Positions 59,101 through 64,000 of a stretch of DNA of 64,000 nucleotides are shown piece after piece. The translations under genes and the position numbers were made by a program. This DNA comes from Okamejei kenojei (lineage: Eukaryota), in the NCBI GenBank assembly GCA_035221665.1, contig CM069142.1:7378001-7442000 (forward strand), in the 5' to 3' direction. The notes below the pieces were generated by a model. The model worked only from the letters and a program-made list of their open reading frames with translations. It made no database searches and was not told the DNA's origin. Position 1 is the stretch's first letter, and every line of letters begins with the position of its first letter.

Positions 59101-60412
59101 TTAGACAGTGAGGTACATCGATGGAATCACATAGACATGCATGGGAAAATGAATTAAGCCAACCCATAACGAAAGATATTTGGGACAAAAGTTTACAATA
59201 TATACATCAATGCTCGTTAAATGCCAGACATGCTTTAATACAATTTAAAGTATTACACAGATTACATTACTCAAAGGTTAAACTGAATAGAATCTTCCCA
59301 CATGTCCCTCCTATCTGCGATAAATGTCAGCATCTAGAGGCTAACTTAACACATACTTTTGCAAATTGTATAAAAATTAAAAATATCTGGATTGAGATTT
59401 TTAGAATAACTTCTGAAGTTATTAATACTAAACTGGATCCGGACTCAAAACTAATAATACTTGGAATATCAGAACAAAGTTTAATACTTACAACAGGCCA
59501 AAGAAATTTCCTAGATTACAGTATAATAATTGGGAAGAAATTAATATTAAAATTTTGGAAAGGCCCTATAACCCCCACAATTAAAATGTGGATTATGGAA
59601 ATTCGGAGACAATACACCTGGAAAGAATCAGATTTACCTTAATGGACAAACAAGAACTCTTTGTTAGAATATGGTCTTCTTTCATCGATTACTTAAAAGG
59701 GTAGATTGGTTCGGCAGGGGGACCTAACTGAAACTTGGACTCAGGATCAGATGAAAAGTTATACTCTATATTCATTGATCTTATCTCCAATGATGTATTA
59801 ATGGTAATTTTTTTTTTGATTTTTCTTTTTTTCTCTTTTTTCTCTCTCTTTTTTTATTTCTCTTAATCTATTAAAAAAAACTAATATTTTTTATAGAGGC
59901 AGAATGATTCAATTGATAATATTAATAATGTATGATTGATGTACACAAAATGCGTATACCATAATATGTGTTTGCCAATTTATTGCTTACCTCTAATAAA
60001 ACATTTAAAAAAAGAAAAAAAGAAATGGATTGATGTTTAGAACAAGTAATTGAATTTTGTAATTAGCTACAATTAGGTAACTAACTAATTATATGTTTTA
60101 ATTTCAGGTCATCCAAGTAAGATTGTTTCATATTTGTTTCAGAATGTTTCAATCTATAATAACTGAAAATTTCATTGAGTTCTCTTATTTTTTAAGAAAG
60201 TTATAGGCTTTTGACTGTCCTAGATCACAGCTTTTGAGAAGTCAATGGAAAGGCAATGGGAAACAAGATGCTAATTTCTGAGTATGAAAATGGCCATAAC
60301 TTTTTTAATACTGAAGATATGAGAGTAAATTAGGTGTCAAATTAAGCTTCTTATCTGATGGGATAAATTGCAGACTTGATTTTTAAAATCTCAAAATTTT
60401 GTAACATTGCTA
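53198..60412. mobile_element. Non-autonomous TIR DNA transposon (copy 2), split by the full-length L1
   Basis: Same termini; perfect 7-bp TSD ATCCATG (53191-53197 / 60413-60419); halves 53198-53822 and 60036-60412 align with copy 1. Confidence 0.87.
53823..60019 (+). mobile_element. Full-length L1-clade LINE (ORF1 + EN/RT ORF2, frameshifted)
   Basis: ORF1 LEGRQRQQNLRIIGIREG. ORF2 SWNVKGIN, YSRIDYFL/SDHAP (APE endonuclease), GPDG, SLDAEKAFD, GCRQGCPLSPLLF, YADD, FKYLGI. AATAAA plus A-tail; 16-bp TSD AAGAAATGGATTGATG (53807-53822 / 60020-60035) at a TT|AAGA site. Confidence 0.95.
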
Positions 60413-61393
60413 ATCCATGTACCTGTCCAAATGTCTTAAATGTTGTGACAGTACCTGCCTCAACTACCTCCTCCGGTAGCTCGTTCCATAAACCCGACAC
60501 CCTTTGTGTGAAAAGGTTGTCCCTCAGGTTCTTGTTGAAGCTTTTCCCATCACCTTAAGCCCATGCGCCTGGTTTTCCATTTGGATGCATTCAGCATCTG
60601 GCACTGACGGACAGAGGAGGACAGATGTTGCCAGTGGTACCCAGCAGGCAACATCTGGCTGGGAACCACACCTTTAAATCCCATCTCTGTACACGTGGCT
60701 TGTGGGTGGATAATGTGTTTCAGTTAAACATCGTGGACTCCTTCCTTTTGAAACCCAAATCCCTCCCACACTCCGAGAGGGTCCCCTCTCAGTCCTGATG
60801 TATCGTTCGCTGTCACCCCCACAGATGCTGCCTGACCCGCTGAGTTCTTCCAGTGTTCTGTTTTCATTCTAGATTCCAGCATCTGCAGTTCCTTGTGCGT
60901 ACATGCTTGCAAATGGCTGGTGTTACGTGAAGCAACTTGGAAACACTTTAACAAAAAATAACCTTTATTGCCCACTGCCGAGAAAAAGAGTTCCTGGCAT
61001 TTCCCTGGGCAGGAATACTGAGAGAACCAGGAGTGAGTTCAGCACAGTCACCACCAGGTGGCAGACTGAGGCAACAACACTGGATAAACCAGGAAAATGC
61101 AAGTTTACATCAATTTAGTTTAGTTTAGTTTAGAGATACAGCAAGGAGACAGGCCCTTCAGCCCACATAGTCCACACTGGTCTTTGATCACCCATTCACA
61201 ATAGTTCTATGCTATCCCACTTTCCCATCCACTCCCTACGCACTAGGGCCAATTTACAGAGGGCCAATTAACCTACAAGCCCGCACGTCTTTGGAGTGTG
61301 GAAGGAAACCAGAGGACAAGTACAGAGCACGGGACACAAAAGGGGAATAGATAGGGTGAGTGCGCAGTCTTTTACCCAGGGTAGGTTTACTTT

Positions 61394-61730
61394 AGGTAGA
61401 CAAAAGTGCTGGAGAAACTCAACAGGTGAGGCAGCATCTATGGAGCGAAGGAATTAGGCAACGTTTTGGGCCGAAACCCTTCTTCAGACTGATGTAGGGT
61501 TCGGGGGGTCGGGAAGAAGAAAGAAAGAGGAGGAGAGAGGAGGTTGTAATACTGTCTTCGGAGGGAGGAGGAGAACTTCTTCTACCTTGAAGAGACGTCA
61601 CAGTGGAGTAGACAAAGTGTTTAAGAAGGATCTGCAGATGTTGGAAAATCGAAGGTAGACAAAAGTGCTGGAGAAACTCAGCGAGTGCGGCAGCGTCTCT
61701 GGAGCGAAGGAAATAGGCGACGTTTCGGGC
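61394..61730 (-). mobile_element. Penelope pLTR tandem remnant
   Basis: Two direct copies of ggtagacaaaagtgctggagaaactca...ggagcgaagg...ggc(a/g)acgttt, plus a segment homologous to 35120-35230. Confidence 0.75.
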
Positions 61731-63139
61731 CTTTAGTTCAGTTTATTAGCAGATGTACTGAGGTACAGTGAAAAGCTTTTTGTTACGTGCTAAACAGCCA
61801 GTGTGAAGACTATACAAGATTACCATCGAGCCTTCAACGGTGTACAGATACAGGAGTAACTCAGCGGGACAGGTAGCTTCACTGGATAGAAAGAATGCGT
61901 GACTTTTTGGGTTGAGATCCTTCTTCAAACCCTACCTTAAACGTCACCCATTCCTTCTCTCCAGTGACGCTGCCTGTCCCGCTGAGTTACCCCGGCATTT
62001 TGTGTCTACCTTCGGTTTTCTGATGTTCCTTCGTACAAATACAGGATAAAGTGTTTAATGTTTAATGCAAGGTAAAATCCAGTAACGTCTGATTAAAGGT
62101 AGTGCCAGGGCTTCCAGTGTGGTAGATAGTAGCTCAGGACCACTCTCTAGTTGTTGATAGTATGGTTTAGTTGCCATAAAGAATCACGAAACACAGGTTA
62201 AAGGTGAGAGGGGAAAGATTTAATTGGAACTTGAGGGGCAACTTTTCAAACTAAAGAGTGGTGGGTTTATGGAACGAGGAGGTAGTTGAAGCAGGTGCTG
62301 CATCAAAAATTTTAAAGACATTTGGATCAGTTTAACTTGGCCTCATGTCCGGCAGAATTATTGTGGGCCTAAGGGCCTGTTCCTGAACTGCACCATTCCA
62401 TGTTCTACGTTCATGTTCTGTAGTCTATATTCCATTGTCTAGGATCTATTGTCTGTTCAATGCACAGGTACATGTGTAGGATCAGTTTAGAGGGATGTAC
62501 AGAAGTTTGAATGCAGGAAAATGGGATTATTGTATGTTGGTCGGCATGGATAAGTTGGGCCGGAGGGCCTGTTTCCGTGCTGTATGACTGTAGGTGTCTC
62601 TGGTGCCTAGGAGTGGACTAAAACCTTTTAGAAATCTCCAGCAACCACATGCCAACTAAGGAGGGAAATAATCTGGAAGGCCAGTTTAACCAGAAAAAAC
62701 AGTCTCTCTGCAATATATCTGAAGCTCAGGAACGGAATGTCAAGTAGAACGAGGGGTGTCCGTGTGGAATGACAGCTAAAAATAGAAGAGAAAAGTAGAA
62801 ACAAGGAAACTGCCGACACTGGTTTACAAGAAAAGATACAGAGTGCTGGAGTTACTCAGCAGGTCAGACTGAATGTCAAGACAATGCCTTCTCTCTAGAG
62901 ATGCTGTCTGTCCCGCTGAGTTACTCCAGCATTGTGTGTCTATCTTAGGTCAGGGACTAAACCTACTTCACCAAATTGATAATGAATGCTTCAGAAATAT
63001 AGATCCATTCTCAGCTGAGTCTCACGGTTTAGCATCAGGATTCCCGATTAACGAGTATCACTCGATCAACCCTTCACACCTTCATCCCACACCATCCAAA
63101 TCATGTTGTATAAGCATTATGGGTGCTGGCAAACGTATC

Positions 63140-64000
63140 CTTGGACCATGACCCCACAGACGAGCACCAGGCCACTATCTCTAACACCATCACTGACTTC
63201 ATCAACTCCGGCTCCCTGCCCCCCCAACCTCATCGTTCCCTAGCCCCGTACCTTCTCCCCAAAATCCACAAACCTGACTGTCCTGGCAGATCCATTGGTT
63301 CTGCCTGTCCCACCAAACTTATTTCCACATACCTCGACTCCATCCTATCCCCCTGGTTAAATCCCTCCCTACCTATGTTCAAGACACCTCACACGCTCTT
63401 CGTCTACTCCATGACTTCCGTTTTCCAGCCCCCCGTTCCCGCATCTTCACCATGGATGTCCAGTCACTCTACACTTCCATCCCCCACCAGGAGGGTCTTA
63501 AAGCCCTGCGTTTTTTCCTCGACCGGAGATCCAACCAATCCCCGAGTATACTAATACTCTCCTTCGCCTAGCAGAGCAGGTCCTTACACTTAATAACTTT
63601 TCATTTGACTCTCCCCATTTCCTCCAAATACAAGGTGTAGCTATGGGCACACGCATGGGCCCCAGCTATGCCTGCCTCTTTGTAGGGTACATCGAACAAT
63701 CTTTGTTCGAGGCGTACCATGGCCCTATCCCCGACCTTTAACGCCGCTACATTAACGACTGCGTTGGTGCTACCTCCTGCACCCACACACAACTCACTGA
63801 CTTCATCCATTTCACCACTAACTTCCATCTGGCACTCAAATACACCCGGACCATTTCCGACGTTTCCTTACCATTTCATGACCTCACTATCTCCATCGCA
63901 GGTGATAGACTAATGACCGACATCCACTATAAACCCACTGACTCCCGTGGCTATCTGAACTACACTTCTTCCCACCCTGCTTCCTATAAGGTCTCCATCC
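63140..64000 (+). mobile_element. Penelope-like RT fragment (runs off the window end)
   Basis: LDHDPTDEHQATIS, LLPKIHKPDCPG, TMDVQSLYTSIPH, QGVAMGTRMGPSYACLF; frameshifted; related to the 32.7-35.4 kb element. Confidence 0.88.

Overview
Repeat-rich vertebrate genomic DNA with N-gaps. It is inferred to come from a cartilaginous fish (skate/ray-like), based on HE1-type V-SINEs, CR1/HER1-type LINE tails and abundant Penelope pLTR derivatives. The main finding is an intact five-exon minus-strand IgSF gene (CDS 23546->15144, 280 aa, reconstructed by hand). Its parts are a leader, a single-exon germline-joined VJ-type V domain with CD28/CD28H(TMIGD2)/NKp30-like features (extra Cys pair, EIPPP loop), a C1-set domain, a Cys-containing stalk, a TM helix with an Arg, and a very short tail. 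It reads as a non-rearranging, antigen-receptor-like activating receptor. Oriented divergently from it is coding exon 1 of a BCL7-family gene (~39.6 kb, +), preceded by a ~280-bp hairpin carrying two hammerhead-ribozyme motifs. The rest is nested mobile DNA: a young, internally deleted Penelope-like element with an inverted pLTR and 14-bp TSD; a full-length L1 with 16-bp TSD inside a TAG..CTA non-autonomous DNA transposon with 7-bp TSDs; a solo LTR; Rex1/Babar, CR1 and L1 fragments; SINEs; and a pLTR-seeded minisatellite. Decayed exon-like and env-like remnants lie in the first 14 kb.
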